A stretch of DNA of 62,933 bases, counting the filler, from Asterionella formosa (Eukaryota), in assembly GCA_002256025.1 (NCBI GenBank). It is 2 parts of 2 records of this genome, joined end to end, with 100 filler letters (N's around TTAATTAATTAA, not from the genome) between each part and the next. Parts side by side here need not be neighbours in the genome. Positions count along the whole stretch, not along the records: positions 1 to 31,427 come from NKIB01000678.1; 1 more part is not named here. One strand, given 5' to 3'. Positions 1 to 13,560 of the stretch are shown here, in pieces (the stretch's first letter is position 1; every line of letters starts with the position of its first letter). The position numbers were made by a program, and so were the translations under genes. The notes beneath the pieces were generated by a model, which worked only from the letters and a program-made list of their open reading frames with translations, was not told the DNA's origin and ran no database searches.

Positions 1-220
1 GGGATTTGTTCTTCCGAAATTTGTAGTTACACAGATAAAACCATTGCAATGTGCGCAAAGACATTGCAAATTGCAAATGATGAACAAGTCAGGATATGAA
101 AAGGATAGAATGAAAATGAATTAATATATTATAATAATTTGAGCGCCACTTCGAACATGCTGTGCTGGAAAATACAGAGTCGTGAAATTATCACTCCACC
201 ATAGTAGTAAAAATGGAGGT

Positions 221-3200
221 ATACCGCTACATGTAGTACAGGCGGCACTAATAGTAATAGTAGTATAGAGCAGAATCAATGTTTTCCTATCATCTATGAT
301 ATGGCTTGCATTGTAGAAGTCTCACAATAACTATAATTATTATGTAACTACTAAGTATGCATTGCTGGATTCTATTAGATCCATTCAAAATCAACGTCGT
401 CATCAATGTCCAATATATTAATGCGTTCATTGTAATCAATATTCTTCTCAGGAACATTTGGTTGAAGAGATTCAACAAATTGATGCATATCCTCTTCACT
501 TACATTGGGAAATGAGAAGTATGAGTGTGGGTAGATGATATTTGTGGTGGGAGTAGCAATTCCACTAGGATTCCTTCCATATTCAGATCGATTCTTTTGT
601 GAAAGTCCAGTGTAGATTTCCTTAAAATAAACGAGTAAATCATCAGTCCATTGATCATTAAGACCATTTAAAACTGAACTTTCTTCCCTCACACTTTTTT
701 AATAAGTGGTTTCCCACCAATGTCGACAAAATCGGTAGAATGACGAATTTCGTTCCCTGAAATTTCATGGGTATCTGGATTGAAATCCAAATATTTTTGT
801 TGCAATCGGAATTTTCCTTTCAGTTCCAAGAAGCAAAATGCTTCTGTACTGGCATTGATCAGCGAACCAAAAAAACGTGTTTGCAATTCACACTGTGCCC
901 GAAGACTGAGTTAAAATTTGGCTTGGTCACACCAGATTTGTCTCCTGTTAAAAATGGTTCTCCACGGCTTGTCCTGCCTATAAAATACACCGGAGCAAGA
1001 ACATCACGCTAGACTTGGTATCCATGGCTTCCCCTGTCAATGTCCTTTGACTGCGCAAAACGATAAAGCTTCAACGCCCACCTAGTAAAGTCATCAATAT
1101 ACATAGTCTGGAAGTTATATTCTGTTACTAGACCAGCTGTTGTGTCATGAATCATGATAGCATTTTTAAATTGAAACATATTTGATAAGAATATAATCAC
1201 CGACTCCAAACATCATGCTTTCGGAGCATCTCCCGGCCTGCAAGAGCTTACCTAAGATTCCTTTAAATTGATTATTCAATACATTCTGACATTCTCTCAA
1301 CTTTTTAATGCACATGCCACAAAATGTTGATTTGATATAATCTAAACGTGTCTTGTTGGTACGTTCAATGGTCTGATTCATTGGAAGTAGTGCATCAGAG
1401 TCATTCCATATGAAATTGGCAAGCTCTGGGTCACTCTCCAATTCTTTGCCTAACTCCGGTTTCACTGTCTATACCCGAGTTAGGCAACATTCGGCAAACC
1501 AATCCTGTTTGTGATTGAAAATGCCTTTCATACTACTTGGACCAGATAGGGCGGGATGTTTGATTCTCTTTTGGGAACAGAAAGAAGCACATTTGATTGA
1601 TATTCTGTTTTACAGTACCTGCAATTCACAAACTATAACATCAAACTTACATGTTCACAGCAAAACTTCTTGGTAATGAAAAAAACCACAACCTTTCTGA
1701 CAATTGATGGTTCAACTTTAGCTAAGCGAGAACGACGTTCTGATAAGGCTGCTGAAATTGAAGAGTCTTGATAACCTCGTATGGACGAGTTTTGAACCGA
1801 ATTACGACCTTTGTAGTGATATAGTTCATTGACCAATTGATAATATCCTTTGGCAAGTGCAAGATGTTTTTCCCTCAGTTTGTCATGTACTTGTTGGTCC
1901 GTGCAATTAGAAAATTTATGATATGATACCATGTCGTCCATCTGCATCCGGGAGTTATTAATGGCATCATCGACAGGAGCCATTTTTCTTGTATCAACAA
2001 CTGAAAAAGAAATTTCATCATCGCTGTCAGTATCAATTACGGGATCCTTTGTACTAGTAGATAATCGCCTATTCGCTTTTTCTTTGTAAACTCATTTTGG
2101 AACTTGCTTCTTTGTTCCATACTGGCAGTATTTGCCACATGTTGCTTGTTTCCATGAACCTCCTTATGGTTTCTTGAAGACATTGTACTACTTGATAACT
2201 GTTGTCGTTGTTTTCCTTAAAGTTCGATGATCTTAAATTCATTTACTGTCCCTCTGCAGTAGCAGCAGTCATAGACATATGGTGTTCTGTTGCTTGCTTA
2301 TTAATCCGACTATTGGTTTTTAGTTTTACGATCATGAAATCCTAAAACTATGATGATTTACTGTCCCTCTGCAGTAGCAGCAGTCATAGACATATGGTGT
2401 TCTGTTGCTTGCTTATTACTTCGACTATTGGTTTTTAGTTTTACGATCATACGATACTAAAACTATGATGATTTACTGTCCCACTGCAGTAGCAACAGTC
2501 CTGAACATATGGTGTTCTATTGGTTTTTAGTTTTACAATCATACGATCCTAACACTATGATGATTTACTGTCCCACTGCAGTAGCAACAGTCCTGAACGT
2601 ATGGTGTTCTATTGGTTTTTAGTTTTACGATCATACAATCCTAAAACTATGATGATTTACTGTCCCACTGCAGTAGCAACAGTCCTGAATATATGGTGTT
2701 CTGTTGCTAGTTTACTACGCCGACTACCCCCAGTATATCACTTACTACCTGCTACTGGTACTCTGTATATATATATGTATGATATTTTGTTATTGTCATA
2801 TGATGTGCCGATACACATGAAGAGCTCCCGCCCAAAAAAGGGGCTTAAACAATTTGCTACCAAAACTCTGGCGGTTATGACTTACACCAATTGAATCGTC
2901 TAAATAATTAGTTTCAACGGACGTAGAAAATATCGATGCAAACAAATTTCAGAAATAATACTTGTACACGTAGTCGTGGAAAAATGGACATCTAGTGCAT
3001 TGAGTATTTTGGAATTATGTATATGCGAGTATGATCATCTCAACCATATCAGATGTTCCATATCAAGGCGCCTTTGAATTTTATAAATGTATTACACTTC
3101 ATGTATATATATATTTACAAATTTATTACTATATTCATGGCATATATATTTTTGAAATCGTTCTGTCATGTTAACAAACAATGCCTGCTGCGTCATGAAA

Positions 3201-4374
3201 AGATAGGTTGTAGTAAAGCACATGACAAGAAAAAAAGTTTACGCAATACATAACAAAAAACATTGTGGCTTTGACACATTGCGCCTTCGAAGGATGGAGT
3301 ATGTTTAAGGTCGGGAGGCAGGACAACAACAAATTGTTAACTAAATGCACATTTCCTTTTTCTCAGTTGATTCAACAGCTCGTTTCGCTTGTTGGGGAGC
3401 ACCAATGTAAAACAAAACCAAACCAAATTGCGTAAGTGTTCTTGTTGCTCGTTGGACCTATTCACTTCTGTTGGAACAAAACTGACAAAACGTTTACCTT
3501 CTCTCAAAGTTAAGATGACAAAAATGAACCGGTAAGTTTTATTCGAAAACATTTGATACTACCCGAAACTTACTTATTCAAGAATTACTGACCAGTTACT
3601 ATTACAGACTTATGCATCCTCAGTTGCATTGATTTGTGGTAAGTGAAGCAAGAGGATACGATGGAATTACGTGTTCTTGTGTCAATGTAACATGACTAGC
3701 TAACAAATCATTCCTTCTCATTGTTGCTGTAACTGCATGCATAGGGAAATAAAAACAATCAAACAACAGAATAGTCGGAAAGTTCAGAATGACACTTACA
3801 GCAGGGAAAGAGACGCAGCATCAGTAGAGCATTGCCTTGCACGTGATTCAGAAAAGAGGAAGAAAAGGGCGAGACAGGAACAATATACATTGAGCCGAGT
3901 AGAGAGAGAAACGTTGGGTTGCTGGCATGTAGATTAGTAGATAGCATTGCTTAATTTGATACTTAAATTACAATCCATTTCAATCTATTTTGAACAATGC
4001 TTGTGATTAGAATTATGATCATGTTTACGATAGATTTACAATGAAACAATTCACATGATAGCATAGAGTTGAGCTGGTTTTAGGATACGTTGAAGTTATA
4101 TTTTTTATCGGGCGATCACGAAAAGTGAAAATAATATGAGAAGGTTTATGAGATTGATGGGAAATGTTATTGATCAGTTTATATAAATTGTGTGATGATA
4201 ATGTTCTTATCATCATTATACTTCAAGGTCAGTAAAATATTAATAAATCATCATAGTTACAAGATACCTTGATCATATTTTTTATCCAAAAATCATCATA
4301 TATACGAAAATCCTGTGCCACTTAGCGTACGATACCCTTGATCCTATATGCATGATACTTTTTATTTGCAGACA
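221..4374. mobile_element. Partial second copy of the 6.57-kb TIR DNA transposon (right ~4.1 kb including right TIR)
   Basis: Colinear by eye with ~39521-43282 (same decayed ORFs, same 80-bp tandem repeats). Ends TTTTTATTTGCAGAC(A) at 4373/4374 versus TTTTTATTTGCAGACG at 43282. Homology stops at ~221. Confidence 0.85.
2240..2705. repeat. ~80-bp tandem repeat (about 5 units) inside the TIR element
   Basis: Recurrent unit ATTTACTGTCCC(A/T)CTGCAGTAGCA..CAGTC..GAACATATGGTGTTCT..TTGGTTTTTAGTTTTACGATCAT..ATCCTAAAACTATGATG. The same array lies at ~41627-41975. Confidence 0.85.
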
Positions 4375-7338
4375 AATCCATTTCCAGCTGGGACATCTTC
4401 CTTTCAAGCAGATTCGCTGCATGTCGTGAACTGGTTTCCTGCCAAAGAGCCTCCTTCAGGGACAAATCCCAAAATGCGCTGCTTGCATGTATGGCAAGGC
4501 CACTTGCAGAGCGTGGCGATCCAAGGCCCCACCGGGCAAGGTGGGAGGAGACCTGCCCGCATTCCCTGGAAAATGCGTGTCAGTCGATCAAATGCAGTCG
4601 CCCGCACCCGGCCTTATTGCGCAACTAAAGGGAGTTCCAACTACTCAAAGGTATACTGTGGCGACGATTTTTGTGGATCACTTTAGCAGGTTGTCATATG
4701 TCCACCTGCAGAGGTTCTTGACATCAGACAATACAGTCCGAGCGAAGAGGTCGTTCGAGCACTATCGCGCATCGCATGGTGTGAGGGTATTGCACTATCA
4801 TGCCGACAATGGCCGATTTGCGGATACCCTCTTCCTTCGAGACATTGATGAGCAACGACAGGAGATTTCGTATTGTGGGGTGAATGCCCACTTCCAAAAT
4901 GGAGTGGCGGAGAAGAGAATCCGTGATCTACAAGATATGACTCATACTGCCCTTCTACATGATGCCTCGGCGAGGTGGCCAAGCACTATGTCAAATTGTC
5001 TGTGGCCATATGCGCTGCAAATGGCCAATGACGCCCTGATCAGCTCCCCGAGGCGGTTGGATGGGCGGTCAGCTGTGAGCGTCTTCTCACGTGCCGACGT
5101 GTCTCCAAAACTCATTGCATTTCGCCCATTCGGGTGCCCCGTATATGCTCTATCAAACGAGCTGGCCGCGGGGCAAGGCTTGCCTAGGGGAACAAGGGGG
5201 CACGTGTTGGTATCTATATCAAAACGGGTTTGGTGTCACCGCAATTTCACGTTGTGTTCGACGACATGTTTGAGACGGTGGGGAAAGGGGATTCTTATGA
5301 GCTTGGCTGGCTGACGGCTACTCACTTTTCAGCCAAAACTAGCCGGCGCCCTGCCGCACCTTCGTCCGACAGGAACATCCAGAACCCCACCCACCAGCAC
5401 GGCCAGCAATATTCTGATCCAACAGCCGATGACCGTGGTATCCACGAACCCAGGTGCTTCCCCTATTCTTGCGGAAGATGTATAGCTCGATGTTCTCCAG
5501 GAGTTGTCCAAGCCAGTCGTGCCTGACCTACGGGACACGGGGCAACTGCCTGAGAGTAATTGCGACTCCGTGGGCTTGGTTCGGTGGTCTCAGCAACATA
5601 AGCCCTCCAGAAGGCTTCAAGAAAGCGTGGAACAGGGTTTCCTCTGTAAGTCTTCGGTACTGGAGGATATCGAAGGGGACGAGGACTATCACATACAACT
5701 GATGATGGATGATCCTATCGCTTTTACGGCCAAGACGTCTGATCCCGATATGTTGCAAGCCAACCAGGCCCTGTGGGAACCCGACCGAAAACAGTTTATT
5801 GCGGCTATGGAGGCCGAGGTGATGGCTCACCACAACAACCATCACTGGAAGGTGGTGCCTAAGTCTTCGGTTCCCCCCTATGGTACCAAAATACTACCAT
5901 CTGTGTGGGCTATGAAGCGCAAAGGTCACATAGCCTCAAGGGAGGTTTATAAATGTAAGGCTAGACAAAACCTACATGGTGCTAAGCAGGAATATGGCGT
6001 GAACTATTGAGAAACTTATGCAGCAACCCTGTTGTGGCCACCCATCTGCTTTATGCTGATCCTGTCCCTCATGCATGGGTGGAGTACACGCCAGGTAGAC
6101 TTTACACTTGCTTATCCACAAGCAGACGAGGAATGTGAATTGTACGTGGAAATTCCCCATGGTTTCAATATGTCTGATCATTGTTTGAAGATACTGAAGA
6201 ATATTTATGGACAAAAACAGGCTGTGCGAACATGGTCTAAGCACTTGACAAAAGGCTTATTGTCTATTGGATTTGTTCAAAGTGAGGCCAATGAATGCAT
6301 CTACTATAGGGGTATGACTGTATTTATGATATATGTGGATGACGGCATCTCATTAGTCTGGATACCTGCCTAATCGATTAGTGTATTGAACTCATGCGGG
6401 CTAATTTTGATTTGACAGATGAAGGGGACATTTCGGACTACATGGGGATCCAGGTATCCAGATCTGAGGATGCTACTACTATCTCCTTGACTCAACCCCA
6501 TCTCATTGCTTCCATAGCCAATGATATTGGCTTTACCAACAAGACCAAATCTAAGGGAGTTCCGGCATCACCCACCGTTATTTTGCAGCGGGATCTCATG
6601 GGTGAAGATTTTGCTGAACACTGGTCATATCGATATATAATTGGAAAGCTCAATTTTCTGGAGAAATCCACTTGTCCCGACATAGCATACGCTGTGCACC
6701 AATGTGCCCATTTTTCGGCTAATCCAAAGGCATCCCATGCTGCGGCGGTCCGTAACATTGTTCACTACTTGATAGGGACGTCTGAGCAAGGAATCTTGCT
6801 GCAGCCCAATGAGCACTCTTTCGTGGTGTGGGCAGATGCTGATTTTTGCGGAAATCGGAACAAAGACACAAGCGTGAGTGATATGATGACAGCCAAGTCT
6901 CGATCTGGATATGCGATTACTTACACATCCTGTCCGGTGTTGTGGGCATCAAAATTGCAGACGAAGTTGGCGCTTTCCACCACTGAGGCAGAATATGTGT
7001 GCCTCAGCCAATCTCTTCGGGACACCATTCTGCTTATGAATTTGCTGGTGGCTGAGGTCAGGGACAAGCTTGATAAAGATGTGTTATCAGTTCCAGCGGT
7101 CCACTGCACCTTGTTTGAGGCTAATTCCGAGGCATTGGAGTTAGCCCGCACTCCCAAGATGCGCCCCCGCACCAAACACCACATCAACATTAAATACCAT
7201 CACTTTCGTGATCATGTGCGGCGCAAACTCATCAGCATTGAGCAAGTTGCGACTGAAGACCAGGTGGCTGATATTTTTACCAAGCCACTCCCTGTGGTGG
7301 CATTCTTACTTCATCGCAAGTCTTTGCAACGCTGGTGA
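4375..7338 (+). pseudogene. Ty1/Copia pol relic (integrase zinc finger + core, RT, RNase H), frameshifted
   Basis: HFQLGHLPF...CAAC (HHCC); FVDHFSR, HADNG, QNGVAEKRIR (DDE integrase); SPQFHVVFDD; VWAMKRK, QVDFTLAYPQA, YVDDG (RT); WADADF, LSTTEAEY, KHINIKYHHFR, ADIFTKPL (RNase H). Domain order INT-RT-RH is that of Copia. Confidence 0.95.
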
Positions 7339-7377
7339 TCTGTGAATCTGTGCAAGTTGTCTGCTTGAATAAGGGAG

Positions 7378-7716
7378 TGTGAGATATCTGATGGGTTTCC
7401 GGGTTGTGATTTGAACTCGAATTGTAACTTGCCACCGATTAATGTTTTTGTGTGATGGACATTTGAGGTTCATCTGTGGGTCTTCTTCTGGGTGTTATGA
7501 TGGCGATTGAACTATCGTCTGTAATGGGCCTTTTATGCAATATATGTGCTCATCATTCCTGAATATCTGAAGGCTTATGGGTCTTCGTTTTTCGCCGTTG
7601 TATTGGCGAGCATTTGCCTGGCTTGGATTATTGTAGATAAGGCAAAATACTTGTTACAATCATATAATTAAAATTAGACTTATTCCCCTGTGTCTACTGT
7701 CTTGCTGATTATAACA
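7378..7716 (+). repeat. Probable 3' LTR of the Copia element
   Basis: Polypurine tract GAATAAGGGAG (7367-7377) is immediately followed by TGTGAG. The right end at ...ATAACA (7716) is a guess. Confidence 0.55.
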
Positions 7717-7789
7717 AACTATGTTTATTTACGGATATTCGTCGGTTTCCCTCAAGGGACTCTCCAACAAAGCTGATGTAGTAGTATGC

Positions 7790-10102
7790 TCACGACAAAC
7801 ACAATGCGGTCCCACTTGACTCAGAGTGGCAACTATGAAGAACTAGGGCGATGGGTATGGCAATTTTTCTTTGCACCCATAAACTTGGTAAAGACCCAGC
7901 AAAAGTTTTCTCTCCCTCTCAACATCAAGAATTTGGGCTGGTATCTAAAAGGATGGGGCGGCACTTTTACTACATATCAAAACTGGATGATGCATGGGTT
8001 ACTCTTCGCCTTATTCGAGATAATGCTCAACAAGTGCGACAAGACTTCCTCTCTGGCCGATGTATGGAGGCGGCAGGAGTTCATAAGAATAAACCTCGAG
8101 AACAGGTCTTAAAGCAGATTAAACACGCCGAGTATTTGCAGAGAGGACTGTGGCCCAAGCTGAGAAAATATGCAAAGGGTGATATCTGCTCAAGTCTCAA
8201 CAAACTTGAAATTCCAATCTATGACTTCACAGGGGAAATCATCGAGTTTCGCACAGTGACTAACTCATCAGAAGTGTTTCACCATCTGCTCAAACGAAAC
8301 AGCAATCATTTCGCACAGGCTGCGGAAACGCTGTTTGTAAAAAGAATCTTTGGTCAAATATCTGCACCCATTTCAACAAAACAAATTTTCAGAATCGATC
8401 CTTGATGGAACAATTAATCTCGAGCAGTTCGACCTCAATGAGGCCTTCAGATTGTGCATACAGGAAATGAGGTATCCGGCAGGAAAGGATGGTAAGGATC
8501 CTATTTCTTCAGTACTAACCCTTGCCGACTTTCAGAAAGGCTTTAATACAGTGTACTCTCGGCCATTTCATAGCAGCTTCCAGTCTCAGCAGAACAGAGC
8601 AAGGTACTGTTGGCATACACTTCCATCCTGCAACCGTCAATGAAATATTCACTATGCGGGTCAACCTTCACAGTCACTGAAAGTGCTGAAATAAACAGGT
8701 AATATGTGTCCACTTTCCTAAAATGAATGGGTTTCCACTCCATGACAAAACATCTCCTATTTTTCGGCCCACCACCCTTGTTAGGATGTTTTGGTTTTAC
8801 TGATCCTGCACAGATCAAGGGATCTTTCATCTCCAGATGCTATTAAGTCATATACAGTGTTGTGACAAATTGGGTTTATTAATACGGATTCTTGTAGAAA
8901 CACTACAACTGATCATCAGCCTTCCTAAAGCCCCATTTACCTATTCCCTCAATATTTTCCTGTCATCTTTGGAGCGGTCTTGCTTGGATTACAAGCACAT
9001 GGGAATTGATCTCATCCCTTAAAGGGGCGATTCACCTCAGGGATTCATGGATCATTGGCCCCCAGCAAGAACTCGATGCAAATCTCATGCAGATATGGAT
9101 AACTCCACAGTGGAACTTTACTCCAAAGACTCTCAAAAGGCTGAATGCCTGCCGCCTCTATCTCCGCGTTATTATAGTGGCAGACATTAGCAACTCCACC
9201 GGGTTATACATATCCATGAATATCTTGAAAAGTCACCGACATACAGATAGAATCAGTTCATATACATGGCCACATCAGGATTTCCCTTCCTCACAGGCAT
9301 GGACACTATGGCATAAAATTCTAGGCCTAACAGTGATCAATTGATCAAGCAGAAGACTTTGTACTCCCCTGGGAAATTGGCTTCATCTTCCACTACATCA
9401 GAAATGGAAATACTTTTTCGATCCATCTAAACAGAGTCTTGTTGAAGAAATGGAGAGTGGGATGCAAAAGGTCCACAAACAAGCCCACACATTTTGTACT
9501 TTCCACAGCTCTTATTCTGTCCAGTTTCAGCGCCCACTCCTGATGTATTTGGTCACAATCACAGCGGAATCTTTAACAACCATCAAGATATCCGCTACCA
9601 AGCCGACAGTGCACAGACAACCACCATCTCCTCAAGTTCAGCCCATAGACACAGTGGACACATACATTAACCAATTACCTCTTCCTTTGCAGCATGCAAT
9701 TGGGGACTATCACTTCCCTCCACAATCATCAGAATTCACGTACATGGTTCTTCAAGGAAACGTGGTGATGGCGTGGACGAATCACCGGAGGAATGGATCG
9801 TATCTCATCATTCCGTGCAGAGGTTGGTGTTTTTTGGGAGGGATGGTAGCCCTAGACACCATGTTGTCTCTTCGTTACCCTGTGGCTCAAGAAAATCCCT
9901 TGTTTTCCCTAGATCTATACCTTGACAACTAGGCCCAGCTCCTTCAGCAACCCTGCCTCCGGATTATGACTTACTCAATTCAGCCATGACCATCGTGGCA
10001 AAGCATCACATGTCCCTCATTCCGTATCACGTGAGATCCCACCAGGATCACTTGGGGGGGGGGGGGGGGGGGGGATGGAAAAAGAAAGAAACNNNNNNNN
10101 NN

Positions 10103-10180
<78 letters not shown>

Positions 10181-11260
10181 CCCCCCCCCCCCCCCCCCCC
10201 CCCCGCCCCCCCCCCCCCCCCCCCCCCCAGTACCACAATCTACCATGGCCGATGAAATTGAACTGTGATGTCAATAAACTCACTTCACAAGCACGCCAAA
10301 ATACCAGCAACAAAGTTCAGCAACACCCATATCGATTTACATTATTCCTGGATGAGAAATGGATCACCAGCCATCACTCCATGGCCATTCGGAAGGCCAA
10401 CCATCGCAACTTGGTACAAAAATACATCATTTCCTGCACCAGTTGGGATACCAAAGAAATATTTGTTATGGTTGACTGGCCCGCTTGAGCACAGGCTGGA
10501 GACCAGGTTACCCACAACCAACGCATCACTGCCTTAAAACTATAATTTGACTTATTTGCAACAATTGAAGCAACACAAGTGCACGGAACCTGGTACTGAT
10601 GGTCATTGCCCACGATGTGTCACTTTTAACAAAGACTTTAATCATGTGGTTTGCCGCAAAAACACATTACCAGATTGGCAGAGCGCCTGGAGTGCATTCA
10701 CGACAGCAGTAAAAGGCCCCCTGACTACCTGTCACTTTGTGATACATGCTTTCTGCAGGGGTATGGCACCATGGATAGAGGGACAGCAGCACATCACTTG
10801 GGAAGGACCAATTCCTCAGCTCGATGATGACGAGGTTGGTCAACTCACATTTGAAGCCTTCCTCAACCAGCAAGATATCGGTTGGGACCAGGCTCTCTGA
10901 GGTAGAATCAGCCACAAATGGGGAAAAGCGAACGTAATGTATTGCCAGATCCGTGGCTTTCCTACAGAAACCACTCCTGACATCCAATGGTCCTCTAACT
11001 TGATCAATGATTTATGGATGTTTATTATTGACTGCTGGAATGCCCGAAATTCCTTTTTGTATGGAGAATCTAATGATGAACATCAGATTGCCATATTAAG
11101 CACAGAGGTGGATGCAGCCTGATGACAGATCATCATTCCTACTCCCTGGGGTGGTTTGAATAAATCATCATACATTGAGACAGAAATTGTTGTGGATTAA
11201 AACAGTGGAAACATCGCTACAGGCGTGGGACACCTCTCAAACATCACTACACCACGGTGA
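7790..11260 (+). pseudogene. Decayed non-LTR retrotransposon ORF2 with RT core deleted; retains RNase H remnant and C-terminal Cys/His finger
   Basis: Paralogous to 20520-24620 (LWPKLRKYAKG, HFAQA, SILDGT, LKRLNACRLYL). HVRSHQD...LNCDVNKL resembles an RNase H C-terminus; CPRC...FNHVVC finger; QQDIGWDQAL*GRIS; WNARN. Confidence 0.85.
10053..10228. other. Assembly gap with poly-G / Ns / poly-C artefact
   Basis: Homopolymer runs flank 10 Ns. The LINE frame reads HVRSHQD before the gap and NLPWPMKLNCD after it. Confidence 0.9.
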
Positions 11261-11299
11261 GGGAGCTTGGCTCCACCTCACCCCATGATGGGAAATTTT

Positions 11300-13560
11300 A
11301 GAGGGCCGCTGCCCCCATGTATTTTTCCACCCGCCATAGGCTTTCTTCCATACTTGTGTCCCTTCTGTGGGAAATTTGTTTCCCTCCCCCCTGTCTCTGG
11401 CAGAATTTTCCAGGTGGCAGGCGGAACATGGTTTCAGCCTTGGGATTTGAGACTGCGCATCCTTGTTCTGATTGGTTTGATGTGCGTGTGTCCTGTGGAT
11501 GTGTTGTAGTTGTTATGATCCTCACGAGGTCTTTTGGATTAGGGGGTTGGAAAAAGGGCAGAGAGTTGAGGGTGCAGAGGTGTTGTCATTGGGTTACATG
11601 TAGCAATCTGCCATTGTTGTTGGGCGAAATTGAGGAGATGGAAATCCATTTCTGTGATCTTTTTAGCATGGCAAGCGTTTCTCCAGAACGCTTGAATCAT
11701 GTTGTCCATGGTTGTTAATTGGTGTGCAAAACTTTTTGGGTCAAGTTTGTTGCAATGGCAATAGCTGGATCAATGAGTTTCCAGGTGCTGGATCCAGAAA
11801 CAAAGTTGGTTGGACATGTAGCAGCAGCCCAATACAAAAATCACGATTGCGATCATGTTTCTGATTGTTGTTTCAAAATCATTTGTATTTTTTGCAACAA
11901 TCAACAGTTTCTTGTAACTTAGCCATTTCATTTTTTGTTCAAATCTTGTGCCATCTCAGAAGGAATGGATTATTGCATTAGCAATGATATCTTGGTCGGA
12001 AGATGCGACAATGCTGTTGGATTTGGATAACAAAAGAATACAATTTTTGCCTAAAAGTGTCGGAAAATGCATAAACCGTCAGTCAGGGCAATTCGTGATC
12101 GTGATCATTTCTGCAATGCATAAGTTTTTATTCGCATAAAGAACAAGCAGTGTATTGTTGAATGGTTGACAGTATGTCTATAGTAAACTGTCAAATGACC
12201 TTATCAAGATTCCATAGAAATATGGACCACGACAATTAGTGTTAACATGAAAGTTCTGCTTGCATCTTGAAATGTTGTACCCTCTCCAAGAATACTGTTG
12301 CTCAAGTTTTCTCATCTATTTCTACAAAAAATAGAAAACCTTATCTAGTCAAAGTTATCAAGCTAATCGTCATGGACTCAACACTGTCTCGGTTTTGGTC
12401 ATATCTTGAAAATTGAGCAAATAACGAACAGAAACAACTTCCAGCGCCAATTTCAACTTTTTGTTGTCAATGCTAGTGCAAATATTTTTTTAGTAAACGA
12501 TAATCTTGTCTATGTTAGTGTACATGCACGTGCGAAATAGGATTTGCTCGTTGTCTATATTCGTGAAGATATTCAACTCCAGGTCCTTACATAATAACAT
12601 GGAATGTAAGTATTCAGACATGTATTGTTGCTTGTGCTGCAGAAGTGTTGGAGCTCAAACTTAGTAAAGTAGTGAGTGGCTGGGTTGTTTCCAACACGGC
12701 ATCATTGTTGTGGGTGGCCATGAGGCGAAGGATCTGATCTTGAAGGAACTTAGGCTGAAGCTCCCATGCCTTGGTAGAACTTGATGCCAAGAGCGTCTGT
12801 GCGTCTGCCAGGTGATCCATACTAGTAATAGCTAGTTTTGATGCCACATTTACCAGAGCAGTCGTGGTTACTTTGTCCAAACCCTGTCCCACACAGCTAT
12901 GAATCTGCATAACGCTGAATTCGATTGTTGCTTGTTTGATGTCGAAATATAACTCGGCAGGATTGTGAGATGTCTGTCTGGTGAGCATGTCGAAAAGGAA
13001 GGGGGTACCTGGGCCAGGTGCGCGATGGCAATAAAGATGCCAGATCCAGTTTCCTTCTGCTTGAGGTCCTTCAAGTCCACGGTGTGGTGGTGGTGGTGAT
13101 TTCTTTGGTTGTCAAGATGTGTGGCATTTCGATTGTGATGTCTTTGTAACAGGATGGGTGTGGGAGTGGATCTGAGACCAGTCAACGCCACGTGGAGTGC
13201 ATCTGTGGCATCCCAGTTGGTGCCTGTAAGGGTTGTGTAGTGATGACAGAAGGAAACTTGGTGGTCCTCGTCATTTACTAAAGCGAAGAGATTGAATGCA
13301 GTGTTGTGGATGAGTTGCTCTGTTCCTGTGACTGCCAAGTTTATCTTTTCAGCAAATCCGTGAAAGTCAGTTAGGATCTTCGAATGTAAAGTAATCTTGG
13401 TCTTAAAGAACTGTTTCCAAGCTTGAGTTAGAATCATTTTTAAGCAATAGATCTGAATTTTTATGTAGAGACTATAAATTTGCAAGGCTTGGTTAGCGAT
13501 CAATGATTTGCTTTTGTCGAAATCTAATTCGCAGAATTGTGAGCTTTCTGCCTTGAACAA
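11300..13560 (-). pseudogene. Decayed ORF fragments of unknown, probably transposon-associated, protein interrupted by an AT-rich block (~11930-12610)
   Basis: Protein-like fragments: FCHHYTTLTGTNW...VALTGL; LQPKFLQDQILRL; LCFWIQHLETH..YCHCNKLDPKSFAHQLTTMDNMIQAFW. No catalytic motif recognised. Confidence 0.3.

Noticed and set aside
2240..2705. 80-bp repeats as a CRISPR array
   Set aside because: Head-to-tail minisatellite without unique spacers, located inside a transposon.
221..4374. Segmental duplication or giant LTR pair with 39521-43282
   Set aside because: Homology ends exactly at a TIR and copy 2 has its own TSD, so these are two copies of one transposon. They also lie on opposite sides of an artificial linker.
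9980..10488. Poly-Gly / poly-Pro ORFs
   Set aside because: They are translations of homopolymer artefacts around an N gap inside a LINE RNase H region.
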